A DNA stretch of 64,000 nucleotides, from NCBI GenBank assembly GCA_011109175.1, contig RDEW01000010.1:1020796-1084795 (forward strand), written 5' to 3'. How positions within the stretch are numbered: the first letter of the stretch is position 1; the number at the start of each line of letters is the position of its first letter. Source of the DNA: Dicyema japonicum (taxonomy: Eukaryota > Animalia > Dicyemida). Below are positions 1 to 12,388 of this stretch, in pieces. The translations under genes were made by a program, and so were the position numbers. The notes under the pieces are model-generated. The model saw nothing but the letters and a program-made list of their open reading frames with translations. It was not told the origin of the DNA and ran no database searches.

Positions 1-880
1 ATTGACCGCTAAATATATGGTTCTGATTATTTTAGGCACGTTTTCTTAGATTCGTACTCCATGTGATACCACAGTAGTTGACGATTGTTTTTGTGGTATT
101 GATTATGTAGAGAATCTGATGTTGAAGAAGAGCTTTTGTATTGTTGAATGAAACCTTCATGAAGTTGAGTTTTTTATGGTAAAAGAGTAAAAATTGTTCT
201 CGTGTTGTTCCAGTCATAAGTAAGTCGGACAACTCACAATACTTCAACGGGATTTCTTTCGACGTGAATAGAGTTGTGCGTGATTTTTCATAGCTTGTGG
301 TCAGAAAGGTTCTAAGTACGTGCTTAAACGATCTAACAGATCTTACAAATGTGATCTAACAGATCTTGTGTCTATGAGCATTGATCCCTGAATGCGAGGA
401 TTATTTCGTCTTTGTAAGAGAGAATCAAGTATTGAGAATGCTAGGTGACAGTAGTAATGACGAAGGTAGTGACTGACACCGAAGATTTTGACGCGACCAT
501 TCCTCTCTGTCAGCTTAGGTAGCTCAGAATAAGCTTTTAAATTTTTTACGAGGAACATAAGACATCAATCTGTAAGAGAAAACAGAATTCTGTGATCTCA
601 CATGCTTCATGATCGGGAGATCGGAAAACTTACAGTTTGCATAGTGTTCCGATTAATTGACATGTTGAATATCCATGTTAAGACCCGATTGCGTAGGGAC
701 ACATACTGGAATTTGAATATCGTTGGAACGACTGAATAGATGGACTTTAGTTTTAAAATCATCTTTTCAACCTCCTCTACTGCGAGAACTAATTTGGTAA
801 CGACCTGTTTGGGGTTGATCGAGACAAGGGGAAAACCCTCAACTAGTTGTTGGTAATAATTTCACACGTGATAATATTAT
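1..880 (-). mobile_element. I/Jockey-like LINE RT remnant
   Basis: Decayed RT C-terminal text (KKLNFMKV...IVNYCGITWSTNL) similar to the copies at 55830-56144 and 42300-44880. Confidence 0.55.
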
Positions 881-969
881 GTAAAGATTTGTGAAATAAA
901 AATATTTAAAATCATAATATTTAAATTTATTAAAATAAAAAAAATTATTAAATATTAAAGTTTTGTTTA

Positions 970-1260
970 TGACTTGCTTGTTTGGTTGCAAGGTCCTCGT
1001 TATTCAATAGTAATGACGTGGGAAAGAATTGCAACAAAGTACCACAAGGGTTATCTGAAACAATTGGGGGTAGATAGGAAGCTCCAGGCCTATCTACAGT
1101 CACTGTATTAAATCGGACCCTAGAAACCCTGACACAGGAGTATAGGAGATAGAGCCCGGAGAAGCCAAATAGAGTTCAATTGGACAAGGCTCTCTCAGAG
1201 TTGTTTCAACAACCAGAATTGAACTCGCCTGGGAAGTGCTGTCGTCAGACAGTCGAGGAA
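970..1260 (+). mobile_element. R4/Dong-like RLE retrotransposon 3' remnant
   Basis: IVMTWERIATKYHKGYLKQLG...YLQS...RTLE, homologous to the ends of the 22.4 kb and 35 kb copies. Confidence 0.55.
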
Positions 1261-2420
1261 GGTTGTTGGTGATTAAATATTAAATTTTTATTGTTGGTTA
1301 AATAAAGTGGGTATTAAAATTTTGTTGAAAAAAGTCAAGTTCTCATCAATTTAAGAAAAATTTGGTACCAATCTCAATCTCTACTAAAGAACCACAATTA
1401 CACCCTGTCAACCTATAGGTGCCACTAACAATATGAGTAACACACACCAATAATCAACATCATAGTCCGACTTTCCGTAAACTCCACTTCGATTACCCTT
1501 ATAAACTCCCTCTTTTTATAATCTATAAGAAAAATAATACAGTCAGATTCCTCGTGTCTATTGAAAATGAGTCACTCTGAGGAATATCAATGCCGGTCAT
1601 GAATGTTTCCTAATAACTTTTACCCACCTTCATCATGAGACATCTGCCAACAATAAATTGTATAATCCATGACTCACCGTTATAGTTATTGCAGACACGT
1701 TGCAGAACTACGGACTTCAGATTCTTGAGTATCTTGTTTTTTTAATTGGTTTTAGGCGAATCTAACTTGAGTACCACTTAGCCATAAACATTTTTCATTT
1801 AAATTGAACACGTGTTGTAAAATACAACTAAAGGTAAGGTTTAATCTGTTCAGATGAGTTTTTCAGAGATTTTTCGATGCACAAAAGATGGATATTTTTT
1901 TGAATAAGGTCGATGAGTTCTTTTGCCGCCCGGGTTTCAATATCGGTCGCAAGTTCAATAACTTCATATTGACGGGATAGAGTCAACCTCGATTGAAAAG
2001 TTGAAATTTATTAGTAACCCCCGATACACAGAGAAAGAGTTAACAAGTAACAACTAAGTGATTGCACTCAGTTCCCACTGTCACAAAAAAAAGTCCTTCC
2101 AATGTCACAATGTCCACCCAGAACCAGCATAAAAAATAGAAGCGTCCATTCTTTGTAGTCATGAGAACTCCTCGAGTGGAGTGGGAGAGAGTAAATGATC
2201 CTTTTTTCGTGCACCCTGAAACTAGGCGGATCACATGATGTCATTCTATTAAAAGGGAAGAGGAGGACAGAATAAACAGAAAAAAATCTTCAAGTTGAAA
2301 TAAAATCTAGTTAAAATATTCTGGAATTAAAAATTTAAAATATTAATTTTTTGAATAATGACATTAGGGTGTGTTTAAATTTATGTAGTTTATTTGTAAT
2401 CTACAGTAAACGCTCTTATA

Positions 2421-4689
2421 TAGTAAACTCTCTCGAATATGCCACTCTTAAATTTGCCAATTCTGAAAATTTGCCAACATTTTTAAAAAATTTAAAATAA
2501 TTTAAAGCAGCATGGGTCGGAATGTTCTGTCGGAGGCTACACCAGACTTTCAATTGCTCAAAAAGTGGAAATATTGCGTATAAGAAACGAAAAAATCAGC
2601 TTCATGTCAGACGATATGCAACAGATTTTCTCTATTTTTTTTAAAATGAGAACTCAAGAAGAAACAGTCAATGCNTTGCTCAAAAAGCGGAAATATTGCG
2701 GTACAAAGAAACCAATAACTCAGCTTCATGTCAGACGATATGCAACAGATTTCGTTTATTTTTAAAAAGAGAATCTCAAGAAGGACAGTCAATGCAATAT
2801 TAATGAATGCAGACTCGCTTCTATTTCAGTTTAAGAACAGAAATCCTAAACTAAAAACTTGTAAAAAATTAAAATACCCGGAGCTTGATGAAAACCTAGT
2901 AGATTGGATAGATTCAATTGACTCAAAAGGTACTTACTCTAACATTTAAGGTGCTTCTCAATGAAAATCTATATTCACGATGTAAATCCAGACCACTCAG
3001 CACCGATGTTATTTTATCGAGATGGCGAATATTTGGACATATCCTCAGACTGGACCCGACTACGCCATGTAACAGAATAATGGAAGAATATTTCTACTAC
3101 GCCGGAAGTCGCGGATTTCGAGGCAGACCAAGAAACACACTTCCAACCTGCTTAAAAGATGACTACGAAGAAAATAGTCGTAAATTGGTGACAGCGGACG
3201 ATCTGGATGATGTTCGAATGAGGGCCAGGAACAAGATGGCGTGGGCGAGGATGGCGAGGAGGATGGCTGCAAAACATGGCTCAAGCAAACCCCTTTTAGG
3301 GCCACGCGAAAGAGCTCTTAACTAACTAACTAATTTAAGGTGCTTTATTGAAGGATTCTCTAATATTACATAAGGCAGAATTTATCGCTCAAGAACTTTC
3401 GCTGACTAATTTTAAAAATTCTTACGGGTTTTTGGAGAAATTTAAAAAAAGACATGGATTTCGAATGCGTTAATTACATTGCGAAATATGCACCGAATAA
3501 CATGTGGATGTTGTTGACTTTTTAAAAAAATTTGAAGAAGTTTCAAAAAGTTATTCGTCTGAAAATATTTATAATTTGAATGAGACAGGAATATTTTATA
3601 AATTGATTCCTTCTCGGAGTATTTGCAAATCACCATTTCGGCGGATATAAAAATTTTAAGGATAGAGTTTCAATCATGCTTGCGCCAATATGTCAGGGAC
3701 ACATAAGTTAAAGCCATTATTGATTGGGAAACCAAACATGCCCCGATGTTTCAAGAAATATGATTATAATTCCTTAGTTTCTTGATACAATTCTAAAAGG
3801 GCATGGATGACTTTATCAATTTTTACGAATTGGACTACGAATTTTGACAATCTATTGAAAATTGAAAAAAAGTTCAATTTTGTTATTAATGGATAATCGC
3901 CCATCCCATTGCCCATCTCTTTATTTGGAAAATATCAAAATTATGCTTATTCAAAGTACAGGACATATTCAACCTATGGATCTGGGAATCATCAAATCTT
4001 TCAAAGTTCATTTAACAATGCACAAATTACTACATTTAACGGATATTGGAATGCGAGAACTCAGTATATGAATCATATAAGAAGTTAAATCTTAGGGATA
4101 CTGTATTGTTTGTAAAAATGGCATGGGAAGATGTGAAATCCCAAACAATTTAAACTGTTTTAAACGTATAGAACGTATAGAATGCGAATCAGAACTTACT
4201 AACATAAATTTAACTGATGAAATCTTATCCAGAACAGATATTTATGATCCTATTGAATTAGAAGAATTTATTTCAATTGATCACAATGAAAAGGAGGCAA
4301 TTGATGAAGAGGAGAAATTCATTGCTATTGAGGAACAAGAAAATCCGGCAGTGTAGAAGTACATGAGGCATTAAACAAGGCTGAAGTGCTTTTAAAATTA
4401 AGAGAGATTAAAAATGACAATGATGCAGAATTCATTACTTCAATAAGAAGATTTAAAGAAAATATTAAAAATTCTAATAAGAGGGAATTGGGTATTACTT
4501 TAATATAATTTAATTAATTTTTGTTTCCTTGGTTAAAATATTGTTTTCCTTAAAAATAAAATTTATTAATTTATTTAATTATCCTTAAATAAATTACTTC
4601 AAATAAAATTTTATTCTGAAATCTGCTAATTCTCAAATTTGCCACAATTTCGCTTGAACCAAAAATAGGAAATTTGAGAGAGTTTGATG
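2421..4689 (+). mobile_element. pogo/Tigger DNA transposon (decayed)
   Basis: TIRs (C/T)AGTAAACTCTCTC(G/A)AAT with a TA flank, CENP-B-type HTH (KYPELDENLVDWI) and DDE motifs (DET, LLLMDNRPSH, QPMDLGIIKSFK). Confidence 0.85.
2957..3332 (+). mobile_element. 5'-truncated RTE-like LINE inserted into the pogo element
   Basis: RWRIFGHILRL...RGRPRNTL ORF end, (TAAC)n tail, and 13-bp TSD ATTTAAGGTGCTT at 2944-2956 and 3333-3345. The empty site is visible in the paralogue near 19943. Confidence 0.9.
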
Positions 4690-4729
4690 TATAATATATT
4701 ATGGAGAACCTAAATTTGTTAAAATACAT

Positions 4730-5780
4730 ATACCACGCGTGCTCAACATGTTTGTGGTGGTGTTGTGAAGTATTATAGTTTTCGTGATAAAGATTATTAT
4801 ATCTGCTTATAATGTTGAAGTACTGTTTGCAGAATGTTTTATAGAAATGTTTTGTCAATCATAAATGTATTATTTCAGCATTATTTATTCAAACATTCAA
4901 TTTATATTTTTTATATTGCATATTTCATTTTTGTCTCTCACTTGCATTCAGGAGTTCAGCCATCTTTCCTCTCATTACTTTCTTTTCAGGTGATTGAAGA
5001 GTTCTGTAATATGTTGGACTCATTCCCTCTGGATTCAATGATTGAGTCATCAGAATATGAAACTATCAGCTTACTATATCTTTTATGTCGTGAAATACTG
5101 TCCATATTGTCTAAAATACAATAAAAATTTTTGGGAAGTTTACGTGTTTGGACGGATTTGCTATACTCCGTCATTCGCACAAGATAAATATATTTGCGTA
5201 TATCATTAGTTGATGTTTCACAACCTGCCAGAATTTTGTCGACTTTTTTTATGATTTTAAAAATAGCAATTCCTCATTCAAATGTCAGTCGAAATATACT
5301 TAATTATTTATCCCTCACACGTGCCATTGGATTGATTATCAAATACAATTCATAATGCATTGAAAAATTTGTTTTTATTTTTCGCATTGTGTCAGGTTTA
5401 TTTCCTTCGATAATACTGAACTACGGTCTCCACCTTTTTTCTATTCTGAGGTTTGTCCATTTGTGTAATAGTTAGTCATAACATTGTATACATTATTATA
5501 ATTCACGTGCAACGAGTTAGATATCTGTGTTATCAATTTGTCGCGTGCGGTGATAGCTAACGAGCGCGAATTATTATCATACACAATTACACCGTTCAAC
5601 TGGGAATTCAAAATATTGTTTGATTGGTTCTAGTGGACTAACGTGGGTAGTTCAACGTATGTATCATAAATAATTCGGGGAAGTTTACGAATTTATTTGT
5701 TTTTGCTTTTTGTAACATTTTTGTCATTGTTATACAAATTGTACAAATCATCAGGTCACTAATCAGTTTTGTCGATATTA
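4730..5780 (-). mobile_element. Possible IS630/Tc1-like transposase remnant
   Basis: Degenerate HTH-linker text (KKGGDRSS) on the minus strand; heavily decayed. Confidence 0.3.
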
Positions 5781-6119
5781 ACCTCATGGACACTATGGCA
5801 GGTGTCACAAACTCAAATCATTGCATGGGACATTTTATTATCCATAATTTTTAGGGGGCATCTGCCAAAAATAGATTCGTAAAGATAAAGCATGTAGTGG
5901 AGGAAATCTTTTACATAGAAGAAATCCAATTCTGGAATTCCAACATTTTCATGTTTTTCTTTGACAGTCATTTTCTGCAGTCCTTTGGTGTTTAAATAAT
6001 TTTTTTTAAAGACAATTTATTTACTAATATTTTAAATTTTAATATAATAAGGAAAACATCGTTAAAGCTTTATAAAAATGCTTGAAATTCTAAATTCGAG
6101 CATTAGTTAACGCGTAGCG

Positions 6120-6670
6120 CTCGGTAATCAGTAGTGAAAAAATACAAGTAGGACTCCTGGAATATTGTTCGATAGTCCGCATACCATTAATTGCCACTTC
6201 AAAACCTTCAGGACTGCCGACATTAACCTAGTTTCAGGTGTTCAAATCAGTTTTGACGTTAGGTGACGAAAAACGAACCTGACAACAATGGGTGTCCACT
6301 TATGCAGAAGATGTGTGTAGAGAATCCCGGGTCATCCCGTCAAGTCTCTTTCCATCTCCTCGATCGAGATTCACTGGTTCAAGCTGAGATAGGAAGCCTG
6401 TAGCCTTCAGAGCTCTGCAGATCACATCGTTCAGAGCAGCATGACGTGGTCCCCTTCCGGCGCTTCTTCTGCAGGACGGCGGGTGCAATCCCTTTGCATC
6501 GACTGTTTTCCCGCATCGGCATCGGTGCTTCTGCCAAATGTCTTATCCTAGCCTTTGTCCGATTCAATCCTCAAAGAAGCGTCGTCCAAAAAGGTCCCGA
6601 GGTTTGTGCAAAATATTGCACCAAGCCATGCTCCACTCCCTCCACTTGAAGCTGACATCAAACAAGCCAG
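6120..6670 (-). mobile_element. CRE-like RLE non-LTR retrotransposon remnant
   Basis: [23 protein letters not shown]...[17 protein letters not shown] (CCHC/RH plus PD-like endonuclease motif). Confidence 0.8.
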
Positions 6671-8889
6671 ACGATGTTGATTTGGTTCTTTTTTGAGGTC
6701 TTCCAAAATTTTGTAGCAGACAATGTTATCCCAATTACTTTGTTTCGTTGTGTCTTCGGGGATTTTGAGTGCGGACCCGTGTCTTTGGGATCTTTTCTTT
6801 GTATTAATTTATTAATTTTAATTTTGACATTGATTGACAAGGATGTATCAGGTCTGCAACTCAATCTTGCATTCAGGCTCGTGACATAAATCTCATAACC
6901 TTGGCTGAGAGACAAAACTTAGTACCTATCCATTACTCTACTTTGAATTAATTAATCCATTAGTACACGATAGAGAAGCTAACTAATTATGTGGACACAG
7001 TTATTGCGGTCACTGAGAGACAAGTCATTCAAAGTCCACAAAGTGCAGGTGCACCTCCAAGAAACATAAAAAAGGGAAAGAGACGTCCAGTTTTTGCAGT
7101 AGTAGGCTTCCATCCAAGAGATCCTGTTTAAATGGTAGATTGAGCAAAGGGTTCAGTCTCCAAATAAAAGTAACTGTGTCCATTAAAAGATGACTTTGAA
7201 TCTCACTACTTAGGGAATATTCCGGACTAATATTAGACAATAATACAATTGAGCCCATCACGTTTCTAAAAATAATTCATGGTCAATTGTTGTTATAATT
7301 AAAAACATGATGGAGGAGTCACCGGGCTTTGTGGGTGAGGGCTACCATTCTAAATTCCCCGCTGCACTCGATTTTTCTGACTTATCTGTGGGAGCGTTTG
7401 CTTTTGGTAGTCACTTTTCTATTAGTCACTGATTTCTTTTACTTGAAGGGACATATAGCAAACAAATCATTCTTGAGCCTCAAGTAAATCCTCGCATATA
7501 GTTATGGATTTCTCCGAGTTGCGTATTTCAGATGCCTTTGGGGGATTAGAGAACCTTAGAGAACTTGGCATCAGAACGTCAAGCAAAGCAAGTTGTTCAT
7601 ACTTAGATTACTCTCCAGAAATATTTCTTGTATATTTAATGGTTTCATCTCATCAATGTGGATATAACCTCTAGTCCTTCTTATTGGACTCAGGAGGTAT
7701 TGGATACGCGAAATTTTTAATACAAGGAAGCATCGAATGTGCCAACATCTGAGTTCGAATCCCGTCTGACCCATATTGGGGGAACTTGGAAAAGCCTGTT
7801 TTGAGGTGGGGCAGAGGAATTATTAGTTAGGCCTTAAATTTTTAAGAATGACATCCGCTTCTCTTCATTATCTATTTCAGAATCTTCACTAACTTCATCT
7901 CCTTATTAGGAGAGGAGACACCGTCCTAACTCAGAGGATTTTGATTATCGGACCTTTACTTACTGTTCCTTGAATGTTGAATGTGGACTTGCTTGGTGGT
8001 AGACTATCTTGTGCGGTTCCTTTGTGATTGTATCGGTCTACTTATGGAAAATTCCGCCACTACTAAACCTAGTGAAACGAGTAAGTCACGTGTTTAATTG
8101 TCTGAAGTACGAAACGTGTCTTCATCCTCTAAAAATGGATTTACTTCGCATCTGCTTCTTCTTTGGTGGATAATAGTCTCAAGGAAATCGAGTGTACCAA
8201 GTTTCTAAAGTGTCGTGCACACAAAGCGTGGGTTTTGAATCCCAGCTGTCCTAAAAGTAACGTAGACGAATCTACTTTGAAGAAAAACGAGGGGATTGAT
8301 GAGATTATTAATTCTCAACTGTTCTATCCTCATATTCAGTAATATTCATTGCATTGAGATCAATGGCAAGTCCATTGTGAGCATGCATCACGCTCATCGT
8401 CCTTGAAACTCCAATTGGACCAGAACACAAATCCAACCCATTGAAAATCTCTTAATACAATTACAAGAGAAACTCTTGAAGACGGCTAGTCTACCGAGCT
8501 TCCCTCTGTTCAACACACTATCAAAATATCCATACAGAAAATTTGAGCCGATGCAATGTCCAATGAGAAGAGCAGTACAAGTCTCTCGACCCCATGGGAT
8601 TCGTCCTCTCCTTTGTCGGATTGGGGTCACTTGGTTGGTTGAGAACTTTTATTTCTTTCTTCGACCCAGTGATCCGGGGTATTAATAATCAATGGTATAA
8701 AACGAGTTGAACTAGTTATTTTCTAAGCCTCACAGTGCATGTTATATTTTTGCTCAAACAATTCCTTAAATGATCCAAATTGATATTTGATGAGAGATGG
8801 GACGTGGGATCCGGACATACCTTGATTTGACGTTAATTAGCTCAACCTCCTTCAGGTATATCCGGAGGGTTTTTAATTGAATTACCCGA

Positions 8890-9380
8890 TTCTGAACAAA
8901 AAACGATAGCAAGTAATCTGTAACAACTTGAAATCAAAGACACGTGTCATGGACAATAGAGTTCCCCAAAGTTCTCTTTTTGCCGACTCTTTTCAACCGG
9001 ATATACCACGACTTACTAACGAAAACTACATCCTGCTCTCCTACGAGGAAAATGTCGTCACCTCTGCCAGGGATAAAGATTGCCAAACAGCCACTCAAGT
9101 CATACAAGAAGTACTGGATACTCTGAGCCCATGGTTCACTCAATCCTGGTTAAAATTTCCTCATTGAAGTCCTTCCCGACTTTATTCATTACGCATATAA
9201 GAGACTACAGCATCAAACCGAGAATCCCCCTTAATAACAAGATTATCCCAGTCAATAATACGCCAGATGGGAGTTATGTTTGAACAGGCAATTTCTTTCC
9301 TTAACACGTGGAAAACCCGGTGACAATAGCTCTGAAGAGAATACAGATTCCGAAGATCATTTCAAAAACTCTAGGAAGCA
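8890..9380 (+). mobile_element. I/Jockey-like LINE RT fragment
   Basis: VPQSSL motif, degenerate YADD region and LSPWFTQSWLK. Confidence 0.6.
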
Positions 9381-10086
9381 ATGCTTGGTACGGGTAGAAC
9401 GGACAGTGAAGAGCGCTGCAGAATCGAGACCCTTAGTATTCATAAGCTTATGGTAACGCGGGAGTACATTTGAATAACTCAACAAGTGTACTTTAACGAA
9501 AGGAAAGAATTGGGAGCACCCGTTTTTGGCAATCACTTTCTTGTTAGCCGCTGGTTTCTTTCATTTGAAGGGACCACATTATATGCGATCGAATCTCACC
9601 TTGACGGAAGGGATTCTGAAGCGATAATCTCAGGAGATCTGCGTCAAGAATTTTGTTGTCTTCAAGGGCCCATATGTAACGGGTTGACATGAAGTCGTAT
9701 ATTCTTTAATCCACGTATTTCCATCGTTTTCTATGTGCAAACATAAAGTCCCCTCTAAAATCTTAAAGTATTTTCCGTCCTTGTGTTTCCTTCCACCACT
9801 TGTTCTTTCCACTTCCGAGTTGTGCTACGCCAAATACACCTAACGGATTTCTTGGAGCGTCCGCTTTTGGTAGTTACTTTCCTGTTAGTCACGGGCCTTC
9901 TTCGTTTAAGGGACCGGGAAAAATAAATAATAAACTTATCTGACACGTGCAGAATCGTAGTTCTAAAAGATGCGTTAAAAGAACGTATATTTCTCAATTG
10001 TCAGTTAATGACGAACAATGTCAGATATTGACAGTCAATCAATTCCATTAAAAGTTATATAAAATTATGAGTAAGCTAATTATAGA

Positions 10087-11842
10087 ATGGAAGATGGAGG
10101 CAAGTATGTGTTTGAAGACGGTGGGCACTACTGCGGAGAGTGGGTTAGCGGAAAGGCCGACGGCTACGGAGTCTGCACTGGTCCAAACAATCAAGGGGAA
10201 TATTCCGGCAAGTGGATTAACGGATACGAAACATGTGGCGTTTACGTATGGCCTAATGGCAATTTTTATGTTGGTTTATGGCTGAACGGTAAACGGCATT
10301 TCAAGGGAATGGAAAAAACAGAGTCTTGGATTTATGAGGGCGACTGGACCTTGGGTTTTAAAGGGACTTATGGAGTCCTTAAAAACAGCGAAACGGGGAT
10401 CAAATATGAAGGTTCTTGGTTCAACGGAATGTATGATGGGCATGGCGTAGAATCAAGCAACTCAGGAGGTTGGTTAATTTTATTTTAATTTAAAATAAAA
10501 ATAAATTTATAATATTTAAAATTTACATCGATGTGGGCTAATTTAAGGATTCTACGCGGGTGAGTGGGTGCGGGGAAAACGAGAAGGCTACGGCATCAAA
10601 CAGAGTATTCTTAACGCTAAAAAGACTCTACAACATAAAAATACTAATTTTCCAACAGTGACGGAAAAAATCGAAGAAAAGCCCCGAAAATTCTCAAATT
10701 CAGCCAAAAATAAAGCATTCGAGTCGATCAGATTTGTTCCAAAGTTTATAAGAAAAAGTTTTTCAAGTGACAACTTCAAAATAGCAAACTTGAAAAAATG
10801 GCAAAAGTCGGAAAACTTTAAAACAACGGACTCGTCTGACTCTGACGTGGCTGAGACATACAAGGGTCAGTGGTTAAACGACGAACGGAACGGATTTGGG
10901 GTTTCCGTGAGGTCTGACGGAGTCTACTACGAGGGAAGGTGGCTGAACAACCTCAAACACGGATTCGGGGTGACTTACTTCAACGATGGGACCCGTGAAA
11001 GGGGGGTGTACAAGAATAACGTCCACGTGGCTCCCAAATTCAAAATAACTAAGCTCTTCCAGAAAATCTTCCTTAACTACGACAAGAAGCTCTCTTGTTC
11101 TGTCGCTAACGCTCGCACGTCGGCGGAGATAGCCCAGCAAAAAGCGGAGGTCGTTTATTCCAAGTGAGTTTCCCATTCTAGCTTAGACAGGAGACGGCTA
11201 AGTACAAAGCAAAAAACATGGAGATGGTCGTTTCCAAGGCTATTTACGAGTCATCACGTGCCCAACATGTATCCCGGAAATATAACAATTGGAAGACCGA
11301 TGAAAGTCAAATTTGGGGTCTAAGCGTAGATTACGTATTTTGGGAGGTCTGTCTGAGAGACTACTTTTCCAACCAAAGGGTTAGCTCCCCGTTGGACCTC
11401 CCAAAGTCAAAGGACGGAACCTTGAACGAGTTTTTTAGGCCGATCTTCCAACGGCAATCTTCCATAAACGAAAGTCTGCCTATTGCTGAGGACAGAGACC
11501 CCATCGAGTCCCCTGAAAGGAAGGGAGTGAGGAAGTCCACGAAGATCTTAAAAATGTAGATTTTGTATGAGTGAATCTAAGAGACGAGGAAAAACTAAAT
11601 TCGGTCACTTCGAAGAGAATTAACACGAGCGTTACGGCTTCTAAACGGTAACTTGAGTTAACCCTGAAATTTAGGATGAAGTGTAAGAATTATAGAAATC
11701 AGTTGATTGCGGAAAAAGTATGGTTTATTTTTATCTGTAGAATTTACACATCATCAGAACATTCTTTGTTATTATTGTTGCATTTTCCGTACTTTCAACA
11801 TGTGTGGTAACACCCATCCACCGCAATAAAAATTTTTGTTGA
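10087..11842 (+). CDS. JPH: Junctophilin (MORN-repeat ER-plasma membrane tether)
   Basis: N-terminus [43 protein letters not shown] matches the junctophilin start. Second MORN block ([16 protein letters not shown]...[14 protein letters not shown]), helical region and C-terminal TM ([20 protein letters not shown]) are present. GT-AG introns at 10469-10547, 11164-11186, 11556-11581, 11648-11674 and 11718-11740 keep frame to TGA at 11840-11842. Confidence 0.93.
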
Positions 11843-11919
11843 CAATTTTAAATTTACTTATTATTTTTTAAAGTGATTTATTAAAACACAAAAATCAATC
11901 AAAAGTGGTACCCGCCGAT

Positions 11920-12240
11920 ATATGTGACGTTAGGCTGCCATTCGAGATAGCAAAAGAAATCAACATAAGCCACCGAGTTTCACGTGTGTCGTGGCTTTTT
12001 AGCGTAGCTAGGCGTCCAAGTTTTTTAGGAAACAAAGCGATTTCCCGCTTATTCCTCCTGTTGTCTCAACAACGATGAGGAGAACGTTAATAGATCTCGT
12101 AGCGCTTCGTATTTTTCTCCTTTCTCCTCGTTGTTTTCTTCCGTGGCATACAGTGTATCTACCACGCTTCTGACAATTTTGAATGGAAAAAATGGAGTCG
12201 ACGCACATAACATACTCTCCAAAGGCATTCCCTCCTCGAA
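11920..12240 (-). mobile_element. CRE-like 3' fragment between JPH and MAK
   Basis: IVVETTGGISGKSLCFLKNL. Related fragments occur at ~28350-28600, 36550-36700 and 38880-39050. Confidence 0.65.
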
Positions 12241-12388
12241 TGGAAAAATATATATTAATAAAATTTTAATTGTCAAAAAATTAAATTTTTATTTAACAAA
12301 TATTGCTTAATTTTTACACAAAGTTTATTTAAATATATTTTCTAGTGGGTTGAGTCTCCTGGAAGTGCGCTTAACGGTAATATTAGGC

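Noticed and set aside
2555-2795. ~120-bp tandem duplication with an N at the junction (2675)
   Set aside because: Typical scaffolding or gap-fill artefact, not a biological repeat.
10067-10086. Possible 15-nt intron or trans-splice acceptor before the JPH ATG
   Set aside because: Splicing would not keep the upstream ATG in frame, and a spliced leader cannot be inferred from DNA alone.
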